In this document: positions 51,841 through 61,622 of the stretch, one piece after another
How the letters are laid out: each line of letters begins with the position of its first letter
Numbering within the stretch: the stretch's first letter is position 1
Source: a marine group bacterium Sva0996 bin134
GTDB lineage: Bacteria; Actinomycetota; Acidimicrobiia; Acidimicrobiales; Bin134
Direction: 5' to 3'
Assembly: GCA_002239105.1 (NCBI GenBank)
Contig: MPNQ01000006.1
Location: 2,595 to 66,594 of the forward strand
Length of the DNA stretch: 64,000 nucleotides
Position numbers and translations under genes: made by a program
The notes under the pieces: model-generated
Told to the model about the DNA's origin: nothing
Seen by the model: the letters and a program-made list of their open reading frames with translations, nothing else
The model's database searches: none

Positions 51841-53015
51841 GACGGCCGGTCCTTACCCAAGATGACGGTGCCGATGGCCGAGAGCCAGCCGCCGGAGCCG
51901 CAGGCCAGAGCAACCTCGGCATCAGGCACCTGGGCCTCACCAGCGTCGCCCCGGAGCTGGCGTACCGCCTCGATCAGCAAGAAGATGCCCCGCATCCCCG
52001 GATGGTTGGACGACAGTCCCCCGCCATCGGTATTCGTGGGCATCGACCCGCCCCGTCGCAGGTGGCCCTCCTCGACGTAGGCGCCACCTTCGCCTCGGCC
52101 GCAGAAACCCAGGCCTTCCAGCATCAGCAGCACGGTGATGGTGAAGCTGTCGTAGAGCTGGGCGGTGTCGATGTCGGCCGGTGCAATCCCTGCCTGGCCC
52201 ATCGCCTCCGGACCGCAGACCGCGGCCCCCATCTCGGTGAAGTCGGGCATCTGGTGGATGTTCCAGTGGGTCTGGGTACCCGCCGCCCCCAGCACATAGG
52301 CAGGGGGCTGTCGCAGGTCGCGGGCGATCTCCTCGGTGGTCATCACCAGCGCCCCGCCACCGTCGGTGATCACGCAACAGTCCAGCTTGTGCAGCGGGTC
52401 GGCGATCGTGCGGCTGTTCACCACGTCGTCCACGGTTATGGGGTCGCGGTAGCGGGCATCGGGGTTGAGCCCAGCGAACTCCCTGACCCCTACCGCTATC
52501 TCAGCCAGCTGCTCTGACGTGATGCCGAACTCGTGCATGTGGCGGCGGGCGGCCAGAGCATAGGCGCCCACCAGGGGCAGGCCGTAGGGCGTGGCCATCT
52601 GCATGGCCCCGGCTACCGGCTGGGCATCGCGCTGAAAGCCGCCGGTGCCCAGCACTCGGCCCATGCGAGTGAGTTGGTCGGAGCCGTAGGTGATCAGCAC
52701 GGTGTCGCACAGCCCCTGTCGGATGGCCGCGGCAGCGTGCTGTACATGGAACTCGAACGACGATCCCCCCACCATGGTCCCGTCGATGTAGCGGTGGTTC
52801 ACCCCCAGGTATTCGGCCATTGAGACGGCATCATCGCCGGCTCCCGGCCCCCCGCCGCTGGTGCTGACGTATCCGTCGATGGCCGATTTGGCGATGCCAC
52901 AGTCGGCAATAGCCCGCCGGGCAGCCAGCGCATGGTGCTGCACCGAGTTCAAATGCGGCACCACCGGATAATCGCTGAGGCCAATACCGCAGATGACTGG
53001 GTTTCGGGAAGGCAT
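51837..53015 (-). CDS. Thiolase-like lipid-transfer protein (Ltp/SCP-x type)
   Basis: Thiolase-fold motifs (ICGIGLSDY..., NTDGGGLSSNHPGMRG); 392 aa; adjacent to the DUF35 gene. Confidence 0.8.
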   Translation of the reverse strand: MPSRNPVICGIGLSDYPVVPHLNSVQHHALAARRAIADCGIAKSAIDGYVSTSGGGPGAGDDAVSMAEYLGVNHRYIDGTMVGGSSFEFHVQHAAAAIRQGLCDTVLITYGSDQLTRMGRVLGTGGFQRDAQPVAGAMQMATPYGLPLVGAYALAARRHMHEFGITSEQLAEIAVGVREFAGLNPDARYRDPITVDDVVNSRTIADPLHKLDCCVITDGGGALVMTTEEIARDLRQPPAYVLGAAGTQTHWNIHQMPDFTEMGAAVCGPEAMGQAGIAPADIDTAQLYDSFTITVLLMLEGLGFCGRGEGGAYVEEGHLRRGGSMPTNTDGGGLSSNHPGMRGIFLLIEAVRQLRGDAGEAQVPDAEVALACGSGGWLSAIGTVILGKDRPS

Positions 53016-54256
53016 CAGGTCAGTGTCTCGAGGATCTGGTTGTGCTCGCCCACGTGGGGGGCCCGGTGGCGGATGCGGAAGGGAGACTTGGGGGCGATAT
53101 AGGGCGCCCCCAGATAGGTGAAGCTGCGGCCCAGGTCCTCGTGCTCCACCTCCACAGGGAAGCCTCGCTCCTTGAAGTGGGGGTCGGCCAGCACCTCCTC
53201 AGGCGAGTAGATGATGCCTACCGCTAGCCCCCGATCCTGGGCGCCGATGAAGAAGTCGTAGGCGGTCACGTTTTCGGCGATGAACCGCACCGCGTCGCGG
53301 CCTGCGCCGAAGATAGCGGTGGCCTCTGCATCTTGGCCGACCATCGAGAGGTGCAGGGGTTCCTCCCGCTCCGCTCCTATCTCCAAGAAGAACGCCTCCT
53401 CGAACTGGTCGCGCAAACCGAGGTCGGTCAGCCAGTCGAGCACCACGGCGAAGTCCTTGGACTTGGTGGGAGGGAACCCGGTGTGGACGTCGATGCCGTC
53501 GGTTGCCAGCGCCCGCACAAACGTGGTGGGGTGGACCGCAGCATGGCGACCGGTCTGGCGCTGCACCTCTTGGCCAGCCACCAGCCACTCTGCAGAGGCG
53601 AACTCGGTGGTCACATTGACGGCGGCGTGCATGTTCACATCCACGAATTGGCCTTGGCCAGTTTGCTCCCGCACCAACAGCGCGGTCTGCACCGAGAGCA
53701 CCGCGAACACCGATCCAGTGTGGTACCCCTGATTGCCGCCACCCCGCTGGGGCGGTATGGCGTGGTCGTCATAGCCGCAGCTCCACGCCGGGCCTCCCGC
53801 GGCTAGAACGGTCAGGTCAATGCTCTCCTCTTGAGAACGCGGCCCGGTGCGGCCGAACGGGGTGAGGGAGACCCAGATCAGCTCGGTGTGCTCGGCCCGC
53901 AGAACGTCGTGGTCTATGCCCAGGTCGGCCAGCCGGCCGGGCCGTTCCGACTCCAGCACCACATCGGCGGTGTCTGCCAGGGAGCGGAACCGGCTTTGGT
54001 CGGCTTCGTCCTCCAAATCCAGGGTTACCCCCAGCTTGGAAGAGTTGTAGTGCCACCACCACAGGCTGCGCCCCGGGCCGGGCTCGTCACCCAAGAACGG
54101 CTCGAAACTTCGGGTGTGATGACCGCCAGGGGGCTCCACCACGATGACCTCGGCCCCCATGCCAGCCAGCATCTGCCCGGCGAAGGCCGAGGCCTCCCCG
54201 GCCAGCTCCACCACTCGAATGCCAGACAGGGCACCGGGAAGGTCGTTGCCAACCAT
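53015..54256 (-). CDS. Family III (CaiB/BaiF) CoA-transferase
   Basis: GIRVVELAGEASAFAGQMLAGMGAEVIVVEPPGG. Confidence 0.8.
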   Translation of the reverse strand: MVGNDLPGALSGIRVVELAGEASAFAGQMLAGMGAEVIVVEPPGGHHTRSFEPFLGDEPGPGRSLWWWHYNSSKLGVTLDLEDEADQSRFRSLADTADVVLESERPGRLADLGIDHDVLRAEHTELIWVSLTPFGRTGPRSQEESIDLTVLAAGGPAWSCGYDDHAIPPQRGGGNQGYHTGSVFAVLSVQTALLVREQTGQGQFVDVNMHAAVNVTTEFASAEWLVAGQEVQRQTGRHAAVHPTTFVRALATDGIDVHTGFPPTKSKDFAVVLDWLTDLGLRDQFEEAFFLEIGAEREEPLHLSMVGQDAEATAIFGAGRDAVRFIAENVTAYDFFIGAQDRGLAVGIIYSPEEVLADPHFKERGFPVEVEHEDLGRSFTYLGAPYIAPKSPFRIRHRAPHVGEHNQILETLT

Positions 54257-55485
54257 CAGATCACCCCCTCTGAGGCCAGGTCGGTCAATTCAGCGTCGGA
54301 ATAACCGAGCAGTCCGCCGAGTATTTGCCGATTGTGCTGGCCCAGCAGGGGGCCCCCTCGTTCCAGAACCCAGTCGGTTTCCGAGAAATGGACAGGGATT
54401 CCGTCAACCCTCACCCGGCCCATCTCCCCGTGGGTGACGGTGGGCCACAAGCCCCAGGCCTCGGTATTGGGGTCGTTGTCGATCCGGTCCACCGGCTTGG
54501 CCACCCCGGCAGCGGCCACTCCCAGCGCTTGCAGCTCGGCCGCCGCCTTGAACCGATCCCGGCCCGATGTCCACGCCCGAACTGAGTCGTCCAGCTCGTC
54601 CTCGTGGGCCAGCCGACCGGCCAAGTCGTCGAACCGGCTGTCGTCGATGTCCATGAGCTCGGCGATGGCCTGCCAGTCGTGGTCGTCTCGGGCGGCAAGG
54701 GCCAACCAGGCGTCGTGGCCGTCGGCCTCGTAGATGCCGTGGGGGGCCATGGCCGGAAACTGGCTGCGATTGGAGTACGGCATTCCGTCGCGCCGCAGCG
54801 GACGCCCGTTCACGGTGTGGTCGAGCGCTACCGGGCCGAGCATGGTGGCCCCGGCGTCGGTACACGACATGTCGATCCACTGACCCTCGCCGGTGCGGCT
54901 GCGGTGGATGAGCCCGGCCATGATGGCCATGGCCATGAAGTTCCCGCCGTGGTGGTCCATGTAGGAGTAGCCCCACCCGGCCGAGGGCATGTCGGGAAGC
55001 CCGGAGGTGAAGGTGAGGCCGCAGCAGGCCTGAACGATCGGACCCCAGGTCTTGTACTTGCGGTAGGGGCCGACGTGGCCGAATCCGCAGTTGGACACGT
55101 ACAAGATGTCGGGCTTGATCTCCTTGAGGCGTTGGTAGCCGAAGCCGAGTCGCTCCAGAACCCCAGCAGCGAAATTCTCGGTGACGGCGTCGCTTACCGC
55201 AATGATCTCGGTGAGGAGCTCCTTGCCCCGGTCGGTGCGGAGGTTGAGCGTGACCCCCAGCTTCTCCACGTTGTGGTTGTTGAAGCACCCGCCAAACTCG
55301 TGGCCCCGGCGCTCGTCCACAAACGGCGACGTTCCCCGGAGCACATCCCATTTGCCCAGGCGCACCGGATCCTCGATACGGATGATCTCAGCGCCGAAGG
55401 CGGCCATCCACCGGGTGGCCCCCGCTCCGGCCAGTTGACCGGTGAAATCGCAGATGCGGATATGCGACAAAGCCTCAGATTTCAC
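54256..55485 (-). CDS. Family III (CaiB/BaiF) CoA-transferase
   Basis: HIRICDFTGQLAGAGATRWMAAFGAEIIRIEDP. Its stop shares one nt with the start of the next gene. Confidence 0.8.
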   Translation of the reverse strand: MKSEALSHIRICDFTGQLAGAGATRWMAAFGAEIIRIEDPVRLGKWDVLRGTSPFVDERRGHEFGGCFNNHNVEKLGVTLNLRTDRGKELLTEIIAVSDAVTENFAAGVLERLGFGYQRLKEIKPDILYVSNCGFGHVGPYRKYKTWGPIVQACCGLTFTSGLPDMPSAGWGYSYMDHHGGNFMAMAIMAGLIHRSRTGEGQWIDMSCTDAGATMLGPVALDHTVNGRPLRRDGMPYSNRSQFPAMAPHGIYEADGHDAWLALAARDDHDWQAIAELMDIDDSRFDDLAGRLAHEDELDDSVRAWTSGRDRFKAAAELQALGVAAAGVAKPVDRIDNDPNTEAWGLWPTVTHGEMGRVRVDGIPVHFSETDWVLERGGPLLGQHNRQILGGLLGYSDAELTDLASEGVI

Positions 55486-55557
55486 GGCCAGACCTTACGC
55501 GGTCTGATTCCGCGGCGACCGAGTCGGGAAAGGCCGACAGTCTCTAGGCTTCAGCCC

Positions 55558-56484
55558 GTGCGAGTGCTACACCACATGGAAGACGGACGGCTCGACCCGG
55601 TCATCGCCCAATTCAAAGACGTGGATTTCGTGTATGTCCCCCGCCAGGGCGACTTACCCGAGGATGCGTCCGGCGACGTGCTTCTGACCATCCCCCGGGA
55701 CTATCCCAACCTGGCCGAGCTCCTGGACCGGGGAGTGGAGTGGGTTCACGTGACCAGCACCGGGATTGACGGGTTCCCGCTCGAGCTGTTGGGCGACCGG
55801 GTGATGACCTGCTCACGGGGAGCCGGGGCCATCGCCATCTCGGAATGGTGCCTGACCATGATGCTGGCCTTCGAGAAAGACCTGCCCGGGGTGTGGCTGA
55901 ACAATCCCCCTGAGCGGTGGTTTACCGCTGACCTAGGCGCCCTCTACGGCAAGACGCTGGGCTTGATAGGTCTGGGCGGTATCGGCACCGCAGTGGCCCG
56001 CCGGGCGCTGGCCTTCGACATGTCGGTGCTGGCCATTCGCCGCACCGCCGCGCCCTCCCCGATGGAGGGGGTGGAGATTGTCGGCTCACTGACCGAGCTG
56101 CTGGGCCGCTCCGACCACATCGTGGTGGCCGCTCCGGCTACTTCGGCCACCCGCCATCTGCTGGATGCCGACGCCTTGGCCGCGGCCAAGCCGGGAGCCC
56201 ACATCGTCAACATCGCTCGGGGCGACCTCATCGACCAAGACGCCTTGCGGGCCGCGCTCGACAGCGGCCATATCGCCCGAGCATCGCTTGACACAGTGGA
56301 GCCCGAACCCCTGCCCGAGGGCCACTGGCTCTACAGCCACCCCCAGGCGCGGGTGAGCGCCCACGTGTCGTGGTGCATGCCCGACTCCTGGGACCTGCTC
56401 ATGGCCCCCTTCGCTGACAACATTCAGCGCCGCCTCTCCGGACAGCCCCTCTATGGGATCGTCAACCCCGACGAGGAGTACTAG
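55558..56484 (+). CDS. D-isomer-specific 2-hydroxyacid dehydrogenase family, NAD-binding
   Basis: GKTLGLIGLGGIGTAVARRA (GxGxxG); NIARGDLID; D-2-HDH C-terminal His region. Only the last 309 codons of the 626-aa track ORF are credible (GTG 55558 or ATG 55576). Confidence 0.75.
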   Translation: MRVLHHMEDGRLDPVIAQFKDVDFVYVPRQGDLPEDASGDVLLTIPRDYPNLAELLDRGVEWVHVTSTGIDGFPLELLGDRVMTCSRGAGAIAISEWCLTMMLAFEKDLPGVWLNNPPERWFTADLGALYGKTLGLIGLGGIGTAVARRALAFDMSVLAIRRTAAPSPMEGVEIVGSLTELLGRSDHIVVAAPATSATRHLLDADALAAAKPGAHIVNIARGDLIDQDALRAALDSGHIARASLDTVEPEPLPEGHWLYSHPQARVSAHVSWCMPDSWDLLMAPFADNIQRRLSGQPLYGIVNPDEEY

Positions 56485-56487
56485 CCA

Positions 56488-57969
56488 CTAGCCGCCAGTC
56501 GCCAAGATGGCCGCTACCACGTCGCGGCGGCGGACTTGGAGGGTGGCCGGGGTTCGGGGGATGGCGTCCAAAGCCTCGATGCGACGGGGGTGCTTGTACC
56601 GGGCAAGTCGATCGCTCAGGTGGTTCCGCACATCGTCGGGAGTGGGCAGGGTCGCTCCCGGGGACAGCACGAAGACGGCACACACCACCTCGCCCCAGCG
56701 GTCGTCGGATACGCCCACCACGGCCACTTCAGCTGCGCCGGGAAAGTCGGCCAGATGGCTTTCAACTTCAGCAGGCGACACCGTCTCGCCGCCAGTGCGG
56801 ATCACGTCTTTGACTCGGCCGGTAATGGAGTAGAAGCCGTCGCCGTCCACCTCAGCCAAGTCTCCGGTGCGGAACCAGCCGTCGTCGCTGAATGCCTCCT
56901 CGGTGGCCTCGGGATTGTCGAAGTAACCGTCGAACATGAACGGGGAACGGGTTTGCAACTCGCCCCGGTCGAGCCGTACTTCGGCACCCGTATGGGCTTG
57001 GCCGCAGCTTCCCGGTCGGTATTCCATGTCGGCGTCGTCCAACATGGTCACAGATCCGGCTTCGGTGGAGCCGTAGAACACTCGCCGATGGGCGTTGGGG
57101 AACGCGGCTTTCAAGTCGGCCAGCAACTCTGGCGGGGTGGCCGAGGTACCCGAGGTGGCGAACCGCAGCGACGCCATGTCTTGGTGCCGGCCAGCTTCTA
57201 GCACTCGGCGCCACACCGCGGGGATGCAGTTCATGTATGCGGCCTGATGGGCCTGCACGGCGTCAATCAACACATCGGCTTCGGCCCGGTCGGTGAACAC
57301 CACCACCCCCCGTGCCTGCCAGGCCTGTAGGGCGATGGTCCAGGCTCCCATGTGGAACATCGGGTACATGCACACCGTGGCGCCTCGGGGCTCGAGCAGC
57401 GCGGGAGTGCGGGTGCGCAGCCAGTTGCACCGGTGCGACAGCACCACGCCCTTCGACTTCCCCGTGCTGCCGCTGGTGAAAAACACCACGTGGGGGTCGG
57501 TCTCCCCCACGCTCGACGGGGGCTCCGCCGCAGGGGAAGCCGATTCGGCCTCGGCCACCAAGTCGAGCCCAGGCCCGGTCCCCCCCAACCGGACCAGCGG
57601 CACCTCCACCGCCTCTGCTACACCCTGGCCGGCCTCGGCGTGACCAGAATCGGTCACCAGGAGCTTGGGACGGGCCAGCCCCACCATCTCAGCCGCCTCA
57701 TCTGACGAGAGCCGGGCGTTGGCCGGAGCGAACACTGCTCCCATGCGGGCCAGCGCCACGAACAGCGCCACCGATTCCAGGTTGTTGTCGCTCCATGTCA
57801 CCACCCGGTCGCCCCGGCTCACCCCAAGCCCGGTCAACACATGAGCCATCTGGTTGGCCCGCCGGCCGAGCTCCCCATAGGAGATCGTCTGCCCACCCAG
57901 CACCGCCGCAGGACGAGACGGCACCGCCGCGGCCGCATTGTCGAACACCGAGCCGATCACCAACTCCAT
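56488..57969 (-). CDS. AMP-dependent acyl-CoA synthetase/ligase
   Basis: AMP-binding motifs: VFFTSGSTGKSKGV, YGSTEAG, WFRTGDL. I prefer the start at ATG 57969 (MELVIGSVFD). Confidence 0.8.
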   Translation of the reverse strand: MELVIGSVFDNAAAAVPSRPAAVLGGQTISYGELGRRANQMAHVLTGLGVSRGDRVVTWSDNNLESVALFVALARMGAVFAPANARLSSDEAAEMVGLARPKLLVTDSGHAEAGQGVAEAVEVPLVRLGGTGPGLDLVAEAESASPAAEPPSSVGETDPHVVFFTSGSTGKSKGVVLSHRCNWLRTRTPALLEPRGATVCMYPMFHMGAWTIALQAWQARGVVVFTDRAEADVLIDAVQAHQAAYMNCIPAVWRRVLEAGRHQDMASLRFATSGTSATPPELLADLKAAFPNAHRRVFYGSTEAGSVTMLDDADMEYRPGSCGQAHTGAEVRLDRGELQTRSPFMFDGYFDNPEATEEAFSDDGWFRTGDLAEVDGDGFYSITGRVKDVIRTGGETVSPAEVESHLADFPGAAEVAVVGVSDDRWGEVVCAVFVLSPGATLPTPDDVRNHLSDRLARYKHPRRIEALDAIPRTPATLQVRRRDVVAAILATGG

Positions 57970-58041
57970 CGCCGGGCACACTACCGGGCGACAAGCACCG
58001 ATCAGGCCTGTACTCACTGCGACCACTACCTTCGATGAAGA

Positions 58042-58725
58042 ATGACGAAACAGACGCCAGCACAGTCGGATGCTCGGAAAAGAGATCTTGCGCTCGAAAA
58101 GGCCTACGCCACCAAGGGTCCAGAGGCCAACCGGGAGCTGTACGCGTCGTGGGCCCCGACCTACGAGTCGGGCTTCATCGTCGACAGCGGTTACGTGTAC
58201 CACCAGGAGGTGGTCAAGGTCTTCTGCGACAGCTTTTCTGAGCTCAGCGGACCGGTGCTGGATGTGGGGTGCGGAACCGGAGTGATCGGCGGCGAGCTGG
58301 CCAAGATGGGCCTGTCAGTCATCGACGGCATCGACATCTCGCCGGAAATGCTGGCCGAAGCCGCGGCCAAGACTCACAACGGCCGCCCGGTGTACCGGAA
58401 GCTCATCGAAGCCGACCTCACCGGTCGGACCGAGCTGGCCGATGGCGCCTACGCCGGCGTCGTGAGCTCAGGAGCGTTCACCCATGGAATCCTCGGACCG
58501 GAGACGATTTCGGAACTGCTGCGGGCGGCCAGCCCCGGTGCCCGTTTCGCTCTGGGGATCAACTCTGCACACTTCAAGGAGTTCGGCTTCGACCAATGGC
58601 TGGACAAGCGGCGGTCTGACGGCCATATCGCGGACCTTGAATTCAAGTTGCGGCCGATCTACGGCGACGTCGACGAGGACGACCCCAACCAGTGGACCCG
58701 AATCGCCGCATTCGCCGCCGGGTGA
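58042..58725 (+). CDS. Class I SAM-dependent methyltransferase
   Basis: VLDVGCGTGVIGGEL motif I. Confidence 0.75.
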   Translation: MTKQTPAQSDARKRDLALEKAYATKGPEANRELYASWAPTYESGFIVDSGYVYHQEVVKVFCDSFSELSGPVLDVGCGTGVIGGELAKMGLSVIDGIDISPEMLAEAAAKTHNGRPVYRKLIEADLTGRTELADGAYAGVVSSGAFTHGILGPETISELLRAASPGARFALGINSAHFKEFGFDQWLDKRRSDGHIADLEFKLRPIYGDVDEDDPNQWTRIAAFAAG

Positions 58726-58779
58726 GCGAAGCCGCCGGAATCTTCAGCCTGGCTAACGGCAACGTGGCACCATGGAGAC

Positions 58780-60006
58780 ATGAGCTTGACGTCCGATCCG
58801 CTCCCGGGCACCGAAGAAGACAACGCGTTCGATCCCTTCGCCTACCCCGAGGAAGTCCCCCACGACACCCTGACCGAGCTTCGGTCCGAGTGCCCGGTGG
58901 CCCGCACCCCCACCGGCTGGTACCTGACCAAGTTTGACCACGTGCTGGACGCCACCAAAGACGTGGAGACTTTTGTGTCCAGCTTCCGCGATCCCGGCGT
59001 GGTGGTGCCCGAGGAGGAGAAGCTAATCAGCGAGATCCCCGAACCGCGCCACGGCAAGGTGCGGCGGATCATCAACGCCACCGTGGCCCATCACAAGTCG
59101 ATGCGGGCCGAGCCTTTCGTGCGGGATCTGTGCCACCAGTACCTCGACCCGATCCTGGAGCGGGGCCACGGCGAACTGGTAGCCGAGTTCATCACCCCGG
59201 TGCCCATCAACGTGATCTCCCACCTCATCGGCGTGCCTGCCGAGGACTGGGAGCAGTTCCACGCTTGGACCGACGAGGTGGTGCTAGGCGACTACCCCCG
59301 CACCAACCGCAACGAGCGGGGAGAGGGCCTGGCCGGCGCCCACCCCGAGTTCTGCGCCTACATCGATGCCCTGATCGCCGACCGGAGGGCCAGCGACAAA
59401 GCCCCCGACGATCTGGTTACCCGCCTCATCACCACCGAGATCGAGGGCCACCGCCTCACCGATGTGGAGATCCGCACCCAGCTGGCCTTCCTCATCATGT
59501 CGGGCAACGAGACCACCCGGCATCTGATCGGCAACCTGCTGTGGCGCATCATCGGCGACCCCACTCTCTTTGGCACCCTCAAGGCCGACCGCAGCCTGTG
59601 CGAGCGGGCAGTGGAGGAATCGCTGCGGATCGACTCCCCTGCCCACATGCTCATCCGGGATTGCACTGCCGACACCGACGTGTTCGGTACCCCAATGCAG
59701 GCTGGCGACAAGATCGTGTTCGGCGTGTCGTCGGCCAACCGGGACGAGGATTACTTTGACGACCCCAACGCATTCCGGCTCGACCGGGACCGCCCCAAAG
59801 ATCACATCGCCTTCGGTGGCGGCCCCCACATCTGCCCCGGCGCCAGCCTGGCCCGCCTCGAGGGCCGCGTGGCTCTGGAGGTGTTCTTGGACCGGGTGGC
59901 AACCGCCGAGCTGGCTCCCGGCTGCGTCCGCAAGAAGACCCCGGTGTTCTGGGCCAACGGACCCGACCGCCTCGACGCCTTCTTGACCCCGGAATCCGCT
60001 GGCTAA
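58780..60006 (+). CDS. Cytochrome P450
   Basis: Heme-binding loop FGGGPHICPGASLA; I-helix AGNETT-like MSGNETT; EESLR (ExxR). Confidence 0.9.
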   Translation: MSLTSDPLPGTEEDNAFDPFAYPEEVPHDTLTELRSECPVARTPTGWYLTKFDHVLDATKDVETFVSSFRDPGVVVPEEEKLISEIPEPRHGKVRRIINATVAHHKSMRAEPFVRDLCHQYLDPILERGHGELVAEFITPVPINVISHLIGVPAEDWEQFHAWTDEVVLGDYPRTNRNERGEGLAGAHPEFCAYIDALIADRRASDKAPDDLVTRLITTEIEGHRLTDVEIRTQLAFLIMSGNETTRHLIGNLLWRIIGDPTLFGTLKADRSLCERAVEESLRIDSPAHMLIRDCTADTDVFGTPMQAGDKIVFGVSSANRDEDYFDDPNAFRLDRDRPKDHIAFGGGPHICPGASLARLEGRVALEVFLDRVATAELAPGCVRKKTPVFWANGPDRLDAFLTPESAG

Positions 60007-60046
60007 ACAAAGGCAACCAGCCTGGTACTTAGCAGGCTATGATGTA

Positions 60047-60059
60047 GTAACGTTGTTAC
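60047..60059. promoter_or_regulatory. Inverted repeat GTAAC-GTT-GTTAC upstream of the TA cassette (candidate antitoxin operator)
   Basis: Read directly from the sequence. It lies in an AT-rich stretch 5 nt before the AAGGAGG Shine-Dalgarno (60064-60070) of the antitoxin gene. Confidence 0.35.
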
Positions 60060-60078
60060 AAATAAGGAGGTCCGGCTG

Positions 60079-60342
60079 ATGCCCCCCGCTGCAACCAGCA
60101 TGAGCAGTCGAGAGTTCAACCAGGGCACGGGGAATGCCAAGAAAGCGGCATGCAGCGGACCGGTTTACATTACTGACCGAGGCCGACCTGCCTTCGTGCT
60201 TATGAGCTACGACCACTACCAGCAGCTTCTCGACGATCAGCCAAGCCTCGTCGACTTGTTGAGCCTCACCCCCGGAGTAGGCGACATCGAATTGGAGATT
60301 CCCAAGCTTGACGATTCGGGCAAGCCCGCCGTCTTCGACTGA
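60079..60342 (+). CDS. Phd/YefM-type antitoxin
   Basis: SSREFNQGTGNAKKAACSGPVYITDRGRPAFVLMSYDHYQQLL. AAGGAGG lies 8 nt upstream. Its stop overlaps the toxin ATG (TGATG). Confidence 0.8.
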   Translation: MPPAATSMSSREFNQGTGNAKKAACSGPVYITDRGRPAFVLMSYDHYQQLLDDQPSLVDLLSLTPGVGDIELEIPKLDDSGKPAVFD

Positions 60343-60767
60343 TGTACGTGCTCGACACGAACTTCGTCTCCGAAATTCGCAAGATCAGAACCGGAAAAGC
60401 CGATCCAGGGGTTGCGGCTTGGGCCCGCCGGGTAGCAACCGGTCTCACATACATCTCGGCTATCACCATTCAAGAATTGGAGCACGGTGTGCTTTTGGCT
60501 GAGCGCCGTGACCCAGCCGCAGGGTTAACGCTGAGAAACTGGCTCGACAACGACGTATACGGCGCATTCGAGCAGCGGATCCTGCCAATCGACGCGACGG
60601 TCGCCCGTCTGGCCGCGGCACTTCATGTCCCCAACCCTGCTCCCGTCAACGATGCGCTGATTGCGGCAACGGCCATGGGCAACGGAATGGCCATCGTCAC
60701 TCGCAACTCCAGCGACTTCGAGCGCTTCGACAGCCTTCAGGTCTTGAACCCGTGGACGCAGGCATGA
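60342..60767 (+). CDS. vapC: PIN-domain VapC/FitB-like toxin
   Basis: MYVLDTNFVSEIRK...ITIQELEHG...NDALIAATA...VTRNSSDFE. Confidence 0.85.
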   Translation: MYVLDTNFVSEIRKIRTGKADPGVAAWARRVATGLTYISAITIQELEHGVLLAERRDPAAGLTLRNWLDNDVYGAFEQRILPIDATVARLAAALHVPNPAPVNDALIAATAMGNGMAIVTRNSSDFERFDSLQVLNPWTQA

Positions 60768-61612
60768 CGGACAGCCAGCCAATCTCAGACACAGACACTG
60801 CCTGTTCCGGCGGAGAGCGCTACACCCACGGCTACCACCAAGTGATCGTGGGGTGGCACTCACGGCGCACTGCCGAGGCATGCGCCGCCTTCTTGCTGCC
60901 TCGACTGCGGCCTGATGCCGAGGTGCTCGACATCGGTTGCGGCTCGGGCACCATCACCACTGGCCTGGCCCGCCGCGCTAGCCGCGTGGTGGGTTTGGAC
61001 ATGTCGGCTGAGGTCGTGGACGCAGCCCGGGCCCACGCTGACGACTGTGGCTTGTCCAACGCATCGTTCGAGGTGGGTTCGGTTTACGACCTGCCGTGGG
61101 ACGACAACAGCTTCGACGTGGTGTACGCCCATCAGGTAGTCCAGCACCTCTCCGATCCGGTCCGAGCCTTGAAGGAGGCCGGGCGAGTACTGCGGCCGGG
61201 CGGACTCGTGGCGGTGCGGGACTCCGACTACGAAACCATGGTCCACGCCCCCGTGTTCCCGGCCATCGAGCGCTGGCGGGATCTATACCACCAAGTGGCC
61301 TCCGCCAACGGCGGCGAAGCCGATGCGGGGCGCTATCTGCTGTCGTGGGTGACAGAGGCTGGCTTCACCGATATTGAGACCACCGCCAGCACCACCGCCC
61401 ATACCGACCAAGAGGGTCGGACTGTGTGGGGGGAGATGTGGGCGGTCCGGGTGATCGACAGCGACTTTGCCAACCATGCAGTGAGCAACGGGTTCGCTAC
61501 CCGGGCCGAACTGCAAGAGATCTCCGACGCCTTCCGCCAGTGGGCCGCCCAGCCCGACGGATTCTGGGCCTGGATAAACGGCGAGGTCATCGGGGTTTGC
61601 CCGTCGGACTGA
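60764..61612 (+). CDS. Class I SAM-dependent methyltransferase
   Basis: VLDIGCGSGTIT motif I. The ATG at 60764 overlaps the VapC stop (ATGA); the track start at 60752 is also possible. Confidence 0.75.
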   Translation: MTDSQPISDTDTACSGGERYTHGYHQVIVGWHSRRTAEACAAFLLPRLRPDAEVLDIGCGSGTITTGLARRASRVVGLDMSAEVVDAARAHADDCGLSNASFEVGSVYDLPWDDNSFDVVYAHQVVQHLSDPVRALKEAGRVLRPGGLVAVRDSDYETMVHAPVFPAIERWRDLYHQVASANGGEADAGRYLLSWVTEAGFTDIETTASTTAHTDQEGRTVWGEMWAVRVIDSDFANHAVSNGFATRAELQEISDAFRQWAAQPDGFWAWINGEVIGVCPSD

Positions 61613-61622
61613 CGGGAAACCG

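Noticed and set aside
51422-51940. N-terminal extension of the 667-aa ORF 49937-51940
   Set aside because: It is an in-frame read-through across the DUF35 gene region in another frame (Arg/Pro-rich). The MFS protein begins at MDNPSIPPS (51421), where the composition switches to hydrophobic and low-GC.
54604-55557. N-terminal 318 codons of the 626-aa ORF 54604-56484
   Set aside because: This part is antisense to the CoA-transferase 54256-55485 and has no protein-like features. Only the part from 55558 onward matches 2-hydroxyacid dehydrogenases.
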